A stretch of 64,000 nt of DNA from Corythoichthys intestinalis (Eukaryota). Position 1 is the first letter of the stretch, and each line of letters opens with the position of its first letter. The stretch covers positions 15,785,094 through 15,849,093 of the forward strand of contig NC_080406.1 in NCBI RefSeq assembly GCF_030265065.1, in the 5' to 3' direction. Shown piece after piece: positions 49,564-62,678 of this stretch. The notes beneath the pieces were generated by a model. It worked only from the letters and a program-made list of their open reading frames with translations, was not told the DNA's origin and ran no database searches. Position numbers and translations under genes: made by a program.

Positions 49564-50350
49564 ACTGATGCTCGGTTTGAACTGCAGGAGATTGTCTTAA
49601 ACCATGTCTACATGCCTAAATGCACTGAGTTGCCGCCATGTGATTGGCTGTTTAGAAATTAAGTGTTAACGAGCTGTTGGACAGGTGTACCTAATAAAGT
49701 GGCCGGTGAGTATACATATATTTATATTTATATATATTATCTTAATAAATTGTGTTTAAGCACTTCAAATGTAATAATTATGATAAGTCTTAAAACATGT
49801 TACTGTTCCACCGAATTATTTTTAAACAAGAATAAAGTAAAAAATGCTTGGCTTTATTAAATGCTTTATTGAGCGAGTCCACTCAAATCTGCTCAAGCTG
49901 CTCACTTACACAAAATGAGTTATCACAGCAACTGTTTAACAAGTTAAACAATGATTGACGCATGCGGCGGTATTAAAGTTCGCTGCTCTGGCAAGACTAA
50001 ACATTAAACGTCAATCATCGTTAACTTTAAAGGGCAACTGAAGACCTTTCCGGATTTTGGTGTAATTTTATGAATATAAACTTTGGACGAGTTCGTCAAA
50101 ACAACCATGACATTATCAACACGTAATTGTAAGGATAATTTGCGTTTTTTTAGTTTTTTTGCACTCCGTTAATGGTCCCTTCGCAAACCCGGAAGTCTGA
50201 CGTAGGCAACAGAAGACTACCCACAGCTAGCATAGCAGCAACAAGGATGTCAGTGATATTTCCACCAAAGGTAACCATTCAGGATCGCTCTTTCGTGACG
50301 CTACCGATGGCAAAGGCTCCCCGGAAAGATGAACTACAATTAATCCCTAC

Positions 50351-50458
50351 ATGTTTGAACCTGAGGCGTCAGATGACGCCGATTTACTTGACACAGCAGA
50401 TGGCGTCATGACACCAATTGACAGCTCGACACTTCACGAATGGGAGAGTGAGTGGTAA
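50351..50458 (+). CDS. Candidate coding exon (acidic peptide), unknown gene
   Basis: From ATG at 50351 an open frame reads MFEPEASDDADLLDTADGVMTPIDSSTLHEWESEW and ends at a consensus donor GTAAGT. CCGGAAGT and TGACGTA motifs lie ~150 bp upstream. Confidence 0.2.
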   Translation: MFEPEASDDADLLDTADGVMTPIDSSTLHEWESEW

Positions 50459-53234
50459 GTCCAGCATCGTGATTTTTTTATTAGAATGCGATTACATGGT
50501 TGTATATTTTTCCATGCTCTACACATAGCTAAAACTGGATATTAGGTAATGGGACAGCTCCTACCGATCTAAATATGATAAAGCTAGCCCAAATGTGGCT
50601 AAATGAATGATACGTTATTGATATCGTTGTCAGATTGTGACACAACATATTATACCAAGCACACAATGGCACACATCAAAGAGCATAATTTTAGTAAGCA
50701 ACACAAAGTTAGGATAGCAACGGACTAGCGCAACATTGAAAAATGATAATGGCAGTAGGAAATATGTATTTACTCTTTTCTGTAGCACGAAGTGTTCTCT
50801 ATACAAAGATAATGCATTATCATTAAAATATGAAGGTAACTAGATTTTTCTTTAAAAAAATGTGTACTGTATATATGACTAGTTTATGATTTCATGTCAT
50901 CAAAATTTGCTACATTTATTTTTCCTAAATCATCATCATCTGATATCGCAGACGGAAGAAATTCAGCATCTGGCAGGCCTCATAGGATCTCTTCAGTCAT
51001 CATCGCTGGACACCGCATCACTTGGGTCATCATATGACTCGACCACTCTCTCTTGATTTTGGGAAACTGGGTGGCAACTGGGTGGCAACTGACTTGCAAC
51101 GCTTTTTTCATCGTGTTGAGGGTTTCTGCCACTTAATTTTTTATGTTTGACTTCCTGGAGAAAAAAAAATAAATCACAGCAGCATGAAAATATTGGATGA
51201 ATCCTAATTTTAATTTAATAATAATTTCTTGGTAATCAAATAATAATGCCCCAGTCATAGCAGCATCTATTTGATGCTATTGTTCCCTCTTCAAATAGGC
51301 AGACCTTGATGTTGAAGTATAAAAAACAACGAGCCAAGGACCTATTTGGTGCTGGGGTCATTTGAATTTACATAACACCTATTGATATAATAATAAAATC
51401 ACATGAGTAGACGACATGTCAGCCAACCTATCTACTTATGACAGGCCAACAGCAAAAAAAAAAAAAAAAAAAAAAATGTCGCACTTCAACAAACAGGCAG
51501 TAGGAGTCCCCCTCGTTTATCAAAAAAAGCCATTAATGTTCTACTTACGTCTTTGTAAAACCAAGGTGGCATTGTTGTAGGTTTTCAAAGCTGTCGTGGC
51601 TGAAATGATGAAACAATGAGCCGATTGGGGACCTGTATGCATGCTAACAAAAACGGTCCAAACCTTTGCAGGAGAAGTTTTTTTTGGACCACTCCTAGAG
51701 TCTCGAATCTTCCTGTGAGTAATTCATCGCTACACATCGAGATGGCATGACGAATCCCGCGAGTAAAACCCAGAAAATGTTTGCAATATATGGCGAGGAT
51801 AGCGTGGTGCTATATTTCCGTGTTCAGAGTGGTGGCGAGGCTTCCTGGAAGTTACGTCATGAGGTAGGGGTCGGCAGGACGGCGCGTCCCTCGTTGCTAT
51901 GGTGTTGCTATGGCCATAACTCAAAAACTACGCGGTCAATTTTTTTTTTTTTTTTTATGTGACTTTTTGAGAGAGCGAATGACGCATTTAATACAATTCA
52001 ACTGAGTAAAACACTTAAGACCGAAATCTGAAAAGCTCTTCAGCTGCCCTTTAATAAGTAACTCCAGTGCACTCACTGCCTGACCAACAAAGAGCAGGGA
52101 GGGAGGGAGAGACTACGTGATCGACTTGGAACAGCTCTCCTGTCATTAATTATTTCTTCATTAATTGAAAACAAAATTGCGATCGACTGAGGGCGCAAAG
52201 TTTGAAGCGTGAAGTAGTGAGGGATCACTGTAATACGTTACTACCCACCTCTGGATTAGACGAACCCCAAATGAGTCTATTTTGCTTGTAATATGTGAGT
52301 AAATGAATTTGTATATCAAGCACATGCAACCTGTTAATTTGTAAAATTAATACAAAACATTTGTTTGCTGCTGACAAACATCTACTCCAAGTTTCAGCTG
52401 ATTTGCCTTTGTCAACAGTGACAGTGTAAATGAACAGGAAGGAGGAGGTTTGCAGAAACTACTGCACTACGTTGGGGAATTAGGATGGTTTCAGGGCTGA
52501 AATGTCAGACAGTGAGCAACAAACCGTTTGCTGTAAAGTATGTTTAACGGTTGTTAAAGCAAAGTGAGAAGCACGGCGAAAGCTGAAAGATGGAGAAGAA
52601 ATGAGTGACAGGAAAGGTACCTGCTAACAAGCAGACGATGTGAGCACAATTATTCCACATTGTTTTCATAAGACTGGAAGCCTTCTAATTAAGGATATAA
52701 TCACTCTGAACATTGTCAAATTGACGTTCATAATAGAATACAAGGTAAAACAAGAATTGAATACAATAAACACAAATCATTTCTGTTTAACTCAATCACT
52801 GCCATTGACGTTGATGGGCATCCAATCCATACAAACGAGGGCTAGCAGTGACTTAAAATAATCATATTATCCTCGTAATTTGCGCTGTTTTCCTTATTTT
52901 ACTTCCAACAATGTGTCGCACTTTTAATTAATTAATTTTAGTCGTACAATTTTTTTTACCTTCATCTTTTCTTTTTAACAACAATAGAAATGACGCTACA
53001 CCCAGGCCCTGAATGGGTAATCAGGAGGACCGGGACATTTCCCTGTGGGCCGGCCTGATGTTCGGGCCATTCGTAATATACATTTCTAATTAAGTTGTCA
53101 GTTAAACTCGTTAATAACAGCATTAACGCAACGCCCCCCTTTGCGCAATAAGTTATGGCCCTTCTAGCATCCCATAGTATGGAATTCAAGACCCTACGAC
53201 GTGCTCCCAATGCCGCCAGCTCTATTGACTTGAT

Positions 53235-54480
53235 GCTGTTGAAACTTTTTTTTTTGTTACTATCGCATTTTCCCCCATACAGTATGTTAGATGATAAATA
53301 ATCGATCCAAACAAAGAAAAAATGGGGGGGGGGGGGGGGGGGGGGCGTTTAAAAGGGTAAATATTAGGGCTGTCAAACGATTAGAATTTTTCATCGAGTT
53401 AATTAATTAAGATTGTAAGATTAATTAATTAATCATAATTCATCTTAATTCATCGCAATTCAAACCATCAATAAAATATGCCTTTTTTTTTGTAAATTAT
53501 TGTTGGAATGGAAAGATAAGACACAAGATGGATATATACATTCAACATACGGTACATAAGTACTGTATTTGTTTATTATAACAATAAATCAACAAGATGG
53601 CATTAACATTATTAACATTCTGTTAAAGCGATCCATGGATAGAAAGACTTGTAGTTCTTAAAAGATAAATGTTAGAACAAGTTATAGAAATGTTATATTA
53701 AAATCCCTCTTAATGTTTTCGTTTAAATGAAATTTGTAAAATTTTCAATCAAAAAATAAACTAGAAGCCCGCCGTTGTTGATGTCAATAATTGCGCAATA
53801 CTCATGGGTGCTTAAGCCTATAAAATCAGTCGCACCCAAACGCCAGCAGAAGGCGAAAAAACTCCAAGAAACACAAGTCACAAGTTGGCATTGCACTGTG
53901 CTGTCATTTTAATCTGTTTGAGCGGGGCATGTGCGTTAATTGCGTCAAATATTTTAACGTGATTAATTTTAAAAATTAATTACCGCCCGTTAACGCGATA
54001 ATTTTGACAGCTCTAGTAAATATATGAAAATGAAAATCTCGATCACTCCTTGATGTTTGCGATTTCTGCATCGCAACCCTTGTTATATTACCATATTTCA
54101 CCCATAAAATCCCCCAACAATGCAGCTGTGACCATTCACAGCTATGTCTTGACACTCGGTGATACATGCGACATGGAGTTTTTGGATCGAAACAAGGTAA
54201 GTACGCGAGAATATCATGTTAAAGTCAAGGCGTCTGTAAATCTGCTATCGCGTGCTCTCACCTCCAGATAGGGTTTTGCTGTTTAAAAAAATGTTGTTTT
54301 TGAAATGCCCTCCTGTTAAAGATTTTTCTTCCCCCAGAAAATTAAGATTTTAAGCTTTCCAATAATGTCTCACACATGCATATCGGAAAATTTTGAAATT
54401 TGGCCAAATTGGGGGTCTCAGAACGGAACTTCAAGTCACCTGAGTGTTTTCCGCCATAAGATAAAATTATAGATAGTACC
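53235..54480. repeat. Repeat R2 copy interrupted by a hAT MITE
   Basis: It matches 21130-21760 on both sides of 53365-54015. A (G)26 tract lies at 53317-53342. Confidence 0.5.
53365..54015. mobile_element. hAT MITE (TAGGGCTGTCAAACGATTA family) with a verified 8-bp TSD and an empty-site paralogue
   Basis: Ends TAGGGCTGTCAAACGATTAG … TTTTGACAGCTCTA. GTAAATAT sits at 53357-53364 and at 54016-54023. The R2 copy at about 21220 reads GGGTAAATATATGAAAA without an insert. Confidence 0.8.
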
Positions 54481-54779
54481 CCAAAAATAAAACGGTAATT
54501 CCACACAGAACCCGTGCTTGAGCCCTTGATCTCAGAACTGTCAGCGGACATGCTAGCCACTCTTCCTCTGTGCCTCCCTTTTTACAAGTTTATTTGGGGA
54601 AAATTCATGTTTAATTCTAGCCACTCTTCCTCTGTGCCTCCCTTTTTACAAGTTTATTTGGGGAAAATTCATGTTTAATTCATATTTACGAGTACTGTAT
54701 AAAGTAAAACTCATGTTTCTAATGAGGCTTAAATTTGAATGATGTAAGGTAAGCGCATTGGTCAACTCCTGTGCTAATA

Positions 54780-55740
54780 GGTGTATTCAACTCATTCACT
54801 CCCAGCCATACTCACCGGAGCAAGGCCCTTCGCTCCCGGCCGTTTTACTGGATTTTGACTGATTTTGCAAGGCCCACAGAAAATTCTTTTCTATTGCTAT
54901 ATAAACAGGGAGCCCACCAAAAGAAAGATTAGACTCTCTTCTGTCAGCAGGGAAAAAGTAAGTTCATATCTTTTGCCATTCTTTAGAAATTAGCATTAGA
55001 AAATAGCTTAGTTTGAGTAATTTTCACATTTCTGATGAAAAAAAACTGAGAAATTGAGCTTTTTGTGAAAGCATACGTTTCAGATATAACTTTGACTTTA
55101 ACACAGTTATTTTTTGCTTTAGTTACATCCCAAACATCTGAATAATGTTTTCCTTATACAAAATAACAAAAACAAAAAGACAAATAGCGCTTTTGATAGC
55201 AAAGTAACCATTTAGTTAAACTTAAATGAGATGACGCTGTTGTGGCCACGACAGCCGGGTAAACTTTTCCCTCATCGCCGCCTGTCTCATAAAGATGGAT
55301 TTTTTTGAGTCTCTGCGGAGTCTGCTCGGCAAGCAGCACGGACTCAACGACATCGTCCACTGCACTGGTGGTCCTGGTCGTTCTGCTTGGTCGTCCAGCG
55401 CCTGGCATCCCGGGCGTCCTCTAGGTTGTTCTGCTCGGTCGTCCGCCGCCTGGCATCCTTCCGCCGGCCCCTGGCCATCTGGCCCGGCCGTTCGTTGCGG
55501 TTGAATCAGGTTGCGGGTTTTACCAAATGCGCTACTGCCCTACATACTGCCCTGCAGTGGCCAGTTTTATTACTTTAAAATGGATTTTCAGCTTTGTGCT
55601 TTGGAGCTCAGTTGAATCAGACCCTAGCGATGTCTCTTATGAAAAAACAAAAAACGTAAAAGACGTGTATATACATCTACGGGACACTGAAACAATTTTA
55701 AAAAGAACATAATTATACGTTTTTGGGAGCAAATGAGTTA
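54780..55740. repeat. Dispersed repeat R3, copy 2
   Basis: It matches 26020-26960. Confidence 0.55.
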
Positions 55741-57342
55741 AAAATTAAAATATATAATTAAAAAATGCCACTAATCTCAAGTTTACTATTGACAGCATGC
55801 GATTAATTACGACTGAAAATTTAATCGCTGGACAGCACAATTATTATTTCAATATTTCAATACGGTAGGTCATGATATAAAGTGGGCCGGTCTGTGGCAA
55901 GAAACTCCCGGGCTGAAAATGAGTCCCACTCCGGCCCTGGCCCCACCTAATCAGTCATTTTCTGTCATTTTTAAAGACTTTTTTTTTTGCATCGGCTCTG
56001 TTTATTTATTTAAACTCCATCCCGTCATCATTGATGTTTTTCTCTCAGAAGCGTGCATTCCTCTCTAGCTTTGCCGTCCGTTTGTGTAATCAGGCCAAAG
56101 CGTCACAAATTACAGCCTGTGACATAATAATTAGAACAAATCAGCCTCGCTCAGAGAGACTTAGAATTAATAGAAAAACAAGTACTATAATCCTCACAAA
56201 AGGAGGATTTGTCATTAAGGCTGGCGTATCATTCTGCATCAAGTTAATGTGTTTACCTAATAAACTGGCAAATGAGTTCATTAAGGGCCTCTATGCAGCC
56301 ACAGCTGATTTATTGATATAGATTTACGCCTCGTTTTATAACACTGAGTGCAAAATTAGTTATTTTGTGCCATCATAATGGAATTCATTACCTCCTTTGT
56401 TAATCAAACCTTTTTAAATGCATATTGGTACCATCAGTGAATTGCAACATCAGATCAAAGTCTTTCAAAATCTTGGCTATCTGATGAAAATTCGATAAGT
56501 CCACTTCATGACTTCTTCTGCTGCCCGGTTGTCAGGACCAGATCTTGTTTTTTAAACTTGCAAGTGAATCATTATTTGGATGACACGTTGGAGGAGTGTG
56601 ACCGCCAAAAAGCATCTCAAACTTATAGTGAACTGCAGTCGAAGGAAGAGAACATTTCTTGCCATGCAGCAATTTTGCAACACTGCTTCAATGTTACTTT
56701 GTAACCTTTGGGAAAGTGGATGGTGGACTGTACTTGCAATGATTGCAAAGTCTAATCTCTTAAAGGGAACCACGGATAAAAACACTTGTAGTTCTTAAAA
56801 GATAAACGATAGTTTGAGTTAAAATAATTTGATATTAAAACCAGTCTTGATGTTTTTGTTTTTATACACTTTGTAAAATTAGATTAAGTAGTAGGTCGCC
56901 ATTATTGTTGACGTCGCAATGCGGTGACATCACTGGGTTACGCTGCCGGCCTACCAGAGTATGACTGTAGCGACATAAACATGTCATCTGTTCAACCCTT
57001 TCAATTTGAACCCGAGAGTAACATTAATGTGCATGACAGCACTGTCAATATTTCACAAAACGTGCAGCTAAAGTAAAATGAACAGGAAAGACGGGATGAG
57101 ACAACACGAGAGTAGGACAAAACCGGTGTTCTGCCAAAATGTGGTACACTGGCGAAACGTTCTACAAGAGGGGACTTTGACATCCAAAGTACTACGTTGC
57201 GCTTTCAGCTTGTTTTGTTTAGATGCATACAGTGAAAACATACTAAAGATGCCTCAAGAAAATACTTAAACATAGTAATATCAAATAAGGGTGGTTTAAA
57301 TATGCCACGTGACTAATGTGGTCAACAGATCAAACTTTAAGG

Positions 57343-59330
57343 CTACCAGTCAAGATTCCGGAAATGTCTGGCATGAATCGCTGTCTTTAGGTCATGCCAC
57401 AGTATCTCCATGGGGTTCAAGTCTGGACTTTGACTTGGCCACTCCAGAATGTGTATTTTGTTCTTCTGAAACCATTCTGAAGATGATTTATTTCTGTGTT
57501 TTGGATCATTAACTTGTTGCAGCATCCATCCTCTTTTTAGCTTCAACTGTCTGACAGACGACCTAAGGTTTTCCTGCAAAACATCCTTATAAACTTTTGA
57601 GATCATTCTTCCATTAATGATTACAAGTTGTCCATGCCCTGAGGTAGCAAAACAGCCCAAAATCATGATGCTCCCTCCACCATGCTTAACGGTGGGGATG
57701 AGGTGTTGATGTTGGTGAGCTGCTCCATTTTTACTCCACACATGACGTTGTGTGTTACTGCCAAACAATTCAACTTCGGTTTCATCAGTCCACAAAATAT
57801 TTTGCCAAAACTTCTGTGGAGTGTTTAAGTGCCTTTTTGCGAACATTAAACGAGCAACAATGTTTGTTTTAGACAGCAGTGGCTTTCTCTGTGGATTCCT
57901 CCCTTGAACACCATTCTTGGCCATAGTTTTACATACAGTTGATGTAGGGCTGCAGCTATCGAATATTTTAGTAATTGAGTAATCGACTGAAAATTCTATC
58001 GATTAATCGAGTAATCGTACAAAACATTTTTTTTTTTTAGGTAAAGCGCAATTATAAATGTACATGAGAAAAAGACATTTAATCCAGTATTGAACCATTT
58101 TCAATCAATCAATGTCTTTATTTTCGATGTACATTGTTGAAAACAGCCAACAATTGCATCTCAGATGTGACTAGAAAAAAAAATTCACTGCTTTCACTCA
58201 AAAAAACTTCTAGATCTTATGAAAAAAAAAAATTCTTACCTAAAAATGTAATTACGCTTGATAACACACATCACTTGAAAGCTACGTGTTTTTCCCACGT
58301 GTTTCAATTGAATTTCCATTTGTTTCAAGTTATTTTTAAGTTCTAGTTAAGTTTTAAGTTTGTCTAAACTGTAAGTACTGATAGGATTTTGAGTTTTCTC
58401 AGTGTTCATAATCAATGTATAATACCTGCTGCACATTAGGGACCAGTACTACTTGGTGTTTTTATTCAGCAATGACTACTGAGCTAAAACTGACAGTTAG
58501 CGTTAATATGTTTTAATTTTACACCCTTATCACTCTACAGCGCTGTGTTTTTACAGATTAAATAAAGCCTGCATGTAAGACATGTTAGCCACGCATTGAC
58601 AGTGGTCATAATCAATAGAAACCTAGCCCTCCGAAGGGCTAACGTTACGTGAGCGAGTGACAGTAACGCTATATTTATTAGCGCTGAGAAGTGTACTGCT
58701 TAAAGATGGCGGCTGTTTACTAACGCTGCCCAGACGCGGCCAAGTCTGTCATTTCGCATCTAGTTCTAAATGCATGCTATATCTATGAGATGCCTCGGAC
58801 ATTACCTGCTACCACCCTAGCATCATGCGGGCGTAGTTTTTAACAACGTCGGCGTAGTTTGTGGCAGCTGTTGGCTATCGTAAGTTTATTTTTTTTTTTT
58901 TATTGCTTCTTCCTCTACGCACGTGACGTCACCGTATTGTCCTGCATTAAAAGTAGTCCGGGCAAAACGTGATGCATAAAGCTGGAAAAATGAAACAATT
59001 CCTCGAGGTGAATAAAATTACTCGAGTTGCTCGAGTATTTGTTTCAGCTCTAGATGTGTGCACATAAAAATTGGACTGTGACAGTGATTTCTGTAAGTAT
59101 TTAGCAGACACTTTAGGGTTCTTTTGAACTCTCTGAGGATTCTGCGCTGAACTCTTGGCGTCATCTTTGGTGCCAAACTCTCTCCATTTGTAGACAACTT
59201 CTCTGACTGTCGATTGATGGACATCCCGACTTTTAGAGATGGTTTTGTATCCTTTCCCAGCATTATACAAACCAACAATTCTTGATTGCAGGTCTTTCAA
59301 CAGCTCTTTTGACCGAGCCATGATGCACAT
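57343..59330 (-). pseudogene. Tc1-D transposase, split and truncated
   Basis: The N-terminal frame reads MARSKELLKDLQSRIVGLYNAGKGYKTISK. The 57343-57924 frame reads …RKPLLSKTNIVARL…WTDETEVELFG…TVKHGGGSIMILGCF…QQVNDPKH…[13 protein letters not shown]. Confidence 0.75.
57945..59052. mobile_element. Non-autonomous DNA-transposon-like insertion inside the Tc1-D transposase
   Basis: Ends TAGGGCTGCAGCTATCGAATA … GTTTCAGCTCTA. Subterminal motifs TAATCGAGTAATCG and ACTCGAG are present. GATG is duplicated at 57941-57944 and 59053-59056. The insertion splits the transposase between …VHTS and TSTVCKT. Confidence 0.55.
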
Positions 59331-61499
59331 CAGACAATGCTTCTCATCAAGACAATTTTTGCCAGGTGTGTGTTATATAGTGGGCAGGGCAGCTTTAAAC
59401 CACTCATTAGTGATTGGGCACACACCTGACTTAAAATGTTTGGTAAAACTTGGTTTCAATTGCTCTTAAAGTCTGCTTGGCAGAGGGTTCACATACTTAT
59501 TTTTCCCCCTTCTGTCATTGTTTGCATACTATCCTCATTATAATATGAAAACCGATAAATGTTTGGGTGGCTTTAGTTAAATCGGACGCTGTATTTTCAT
59601 CTGTGTGATTTTGACAAAGATTAAATCACATTTGATGGTGATTTTAGGCAGAAATGTGAGAAATTCCAAAAGGTTCAGATACTTTTTCATACCACTGTAC
59701 CTACGAGGCAGTCACTACTGAGTGCTGTAGTTTTCAGCTTACATGAAATGAGAAATTATGGCATTTTCTTTGAAGAGGAATGTCTGAAAAACACGTCCTC
59801 TAAACGAGCTGGGTGAAGCATATGCTTTCATTTTGCACACAGTAAGATCTACAAGGCCAATGCGATGACATTACAAAACAAGGCACAAATTTTCAACTGA
59901 AAGTACTCGTCGGGATCAGCAACGAGGAAATGGAAAATAAGTGAACAGAAAAGACAGTATGAGCCGAATAGTATGAGTAATAATGCAGTCCCTGACAGTG
60001 AGCTTACGAGTGGATTTTGGGCAAGTGCACAGTCTTTTACTGACTTTGGTATGAGTGTATTGAGGCATTGGCAGAAAAGCTTTTGGAGTGGAAAGGACAG
60101 CAGCTTAAAAAAAGGTCTGCCTTATTTCATTATCATTGTTCAAAAACGTATGCTTTTTGAGGTACCTTATTTGCTGCCTGTTGCACTTTACAATTTTAAT
60201 AGAACACAGTTTTAAAAGAGGTATGTGTAAGAGCATATATGACGGCCTTAGAAGCTGATTCTGTTTTCAGAGTGGAGGTGAATTATTTGTATCGACTGTA
60301 CCAAGAGTGAAATTATTTATTTAGGATATTCAATACAGTACTATACTTGAGTATTTTTCGGCAACATCTGTTGAAAAAATGAGATAATTTTATCATTGTT
60401 GATTTAACCATAATAAAAAGACAGATTTTTTTGTTTGTTTATTTTTAAATACACTGTATAATGTTCAGAACCTCTCCCTCAAAATGTTTGGACCCTGGCC
60501 ACTTGGTTGATCAAGTTATTGGATGACTGTAGACATGAATGGCAATGCTTGCAACAAAGATGGGCTCCACTAACTACTGTAGAAATAGTATTGTAGCACT
60601 TAGTGTAAGACCACAGTAAAGACGCATTTCATTCTTATTGATTGAATAATGTAAAGTCGACAGTCCTTGACGGTACTGACATTCTACGTCTCATAATAAA
60701 ACACTTTAAAAGCCTTTAAATAAGAATGCAAATACCTGCAAACTCTCTAAAAGAAAACATCTCAAGGTTATTGTGGGTTCACCGTGGGTTTTCAGTGTAT
60801 CGCTGTGTCTTATTTTATCCGGGGACAGAGCTTCTTGTGCTGGATGGCTTGAAAGAGGCAGAGGTTTTGTGGGCTTAGGGGATTGCGGGCTCTTTTTGAC
60901 AAAGAAAAAAAAAGTGACCTTTGGAAAACAAAAAAAAACAATGTGTGCCTGTGTATGCAAGTGTGGGCGCGTACATGTGTGTATGTTTAATGGCCGCTAG
61001 AATGCTTTCAAGTGTCCTATTTATTCAGACAAGCTGTCACTCGCGCTTTATTTTTTTTAAGCATGACCTTCACAAGTTGCTCAGTGGAGCCAAATATTTG
61101 TGCTGATCGTTCAATTTGGTTTATATATCATTTAATCTTTTACTGACATAGTGGCATGTAGCAATACTTTAAATCTTAATTATTAATTTTAATTACTGTC
61201 ATTTACCAATGTACCAGCATATTGCAGGCATATTGAATCACACTCATGCATCACAAAGCTTCCATCACAAATACTGTGTACTCTTTCATATGTCACAAAG
61301 AACAGCTGAGAACAGCGTAAGCGGATTTTATGGGGGGGGGGGGGGGGGGTTAGAAATATATATTTTTATAATGGGTCAAAATTATTTTTCGAGCACCTTA
61401 GACGGTCATTTGCTTTGCATATAATTTTTTTTTTTAAGTTTTAAAAATATATATATTTATATTTTAAAAAATGTTTTATTCTTTGACCGAAAATATTTT

Positions 61500-61850
61500 T
61501 TTTGATTGAAGCAATTTTTGGGGGGGATTGAATGATTTAGACACAAATGTCCTAATCAAAATATGGCCCAAACACAAAAAGGATTGCTTCAATCAAAGAA
61601 AATGTTTTCAATTAAAAATTTAAGTGTTCAAATGCAAATTTTTCATTCTCAAATATTTTTTCGCATTCAAAAACTTTTTCTATGATTGATTTTTCTTTTT
61701 TTTGTTTGAAGTGAATTTCTTTTTTAAAATCTATATTTTTTTGAAGCAACTTATTTTTTCATTGAATAATAGAGACACAAATGTCCTAGCCAAAATGTGG
61801 CCCAAAAACACATCAACATTACTTCAATCAAAAAAAACTTCAATTTAAAA
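61500..61850. repeat. Two copies of a ~110-bp hairpin unit
   Basis: TTGATTGAAGCAA…GACACAAATGTCCTA.CCAAAAT.TGGCCCAAA…ATTGCTTCAATCAAA occurs at about 61500-61610 and about 61741-61850. Confidence 0.4.
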
Positions 61851-62039
61851 AAAAAAAAAAAAAAATAGCTTTCACATGCATTTCTACAAATGCAATGCTT
61901 TGAATATTTCCAGAAATACCTATTTATTAGTAGGGGTGAAAGTGGCTAGAATTTCTTGCAGGAACTCCATGACATGAAGGTCGCCACGAAGCCGGTGATT
62001 TTCAAAATAGAAGTTAACAAATACAACAGTAACTCAACC

Positions 62040-62410
62040 TCCATCTCCTAATTTTTTTTTAAATTTAATCTTATTCATATCCGTGTTGACCATGTGGCAG
62101 CTATGCGATCCTCCGACGTCGGCCGAATTGTATGGCGGCCTTTCCCAGCTGCTTTCCAGGCAAATGAGCTGTCCTGCCCGCAGTAAGAGAGCGACGAGCT
62201 GTAACTTGCTCACCGCCGGGCGGGTTGCCGATCGGCGAAGACGATCGACAACCCCGCCGCCGAGTGACATGTTCTGGGCTAGTTTTGTATGATTTTTTTT
62301 TGCTTCGAAGACTTTGAAACATTAATCGGTTCGGGTTAGCATGTCGGCTAGTTGTCACACTTCCTGGTTTGTTTACGCTCCCTGAAGCCGGGGAAGGGAA
62401 ATGACAAAAG
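62040..62410. repeat. Repeat R5, inverted copy
   Basis: It is the reverse complement of 8500-8830 (CGGCGG…TTGCCGATCGGCGAAGACG… aligned with CACCAATCGGCCAGCCCCCGGCGGTGAGCAAGTT). Confidence 0.4.
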
Positions 62411-62678
62411 CCAGACTAACTCCGGTGGCATAAAATATCATTTGGGAAAGTGCATAAAGTAGACAGTTTTGACCATTATGGAATTATTTTGCCATTTCGT
62501 ACTGAATAAATGCATTTTTGATATTTCATATTCCATTTAGCACAAAACTGTTATTTGTCATGACCATACCATTTATTTAGCAATTTGGGAAAAATACTGA
62601 GATAAAAAGAATATCTTGTAAAATGTCCAGTCAACATTTTGAGTTCCACAAAAATTCTGTTTTATTGTGTTATGTATA

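Larger units (their letters stand above)
45332..49714 (-). mobile_element. Tc1-like family C (…GGTGTACCTAATAAAGTGGCCGGTGAGT terminus), disrupted by a 3.2-kb hAT insertion
   Basis: The right terminus lies at 49680-49714. A degenerate left terminus ATACTCACGGTACACC lies at 45334. Transposase C-terminal coding sequence at 45345-45554 continues at 48737 and beyond. Confidence 0.7.
57290..59699 (-). mobile_element. Tc1-like family D copy, 3'-truncated, with a 1.1-kb internal insertion
   Basis: The terminus …GGTTCAGATACTTTTTCATACCACTGTA lies at 59699. The transposase N-terminus starts at 59330. The C-terminus stops after …SPDLNPMEILWHDLK and the last ~60 codons are missing. Confidence 0.8.

Noticed and set aside
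53317-53342. (G)26 homopolymer, and (G)20 at 61325-61344.
   Set aside because: Possibly G-quadruplex-forming, but equally likely polymerase slippage or an assembly artefact. It cannot be interpreted from sequence alone.
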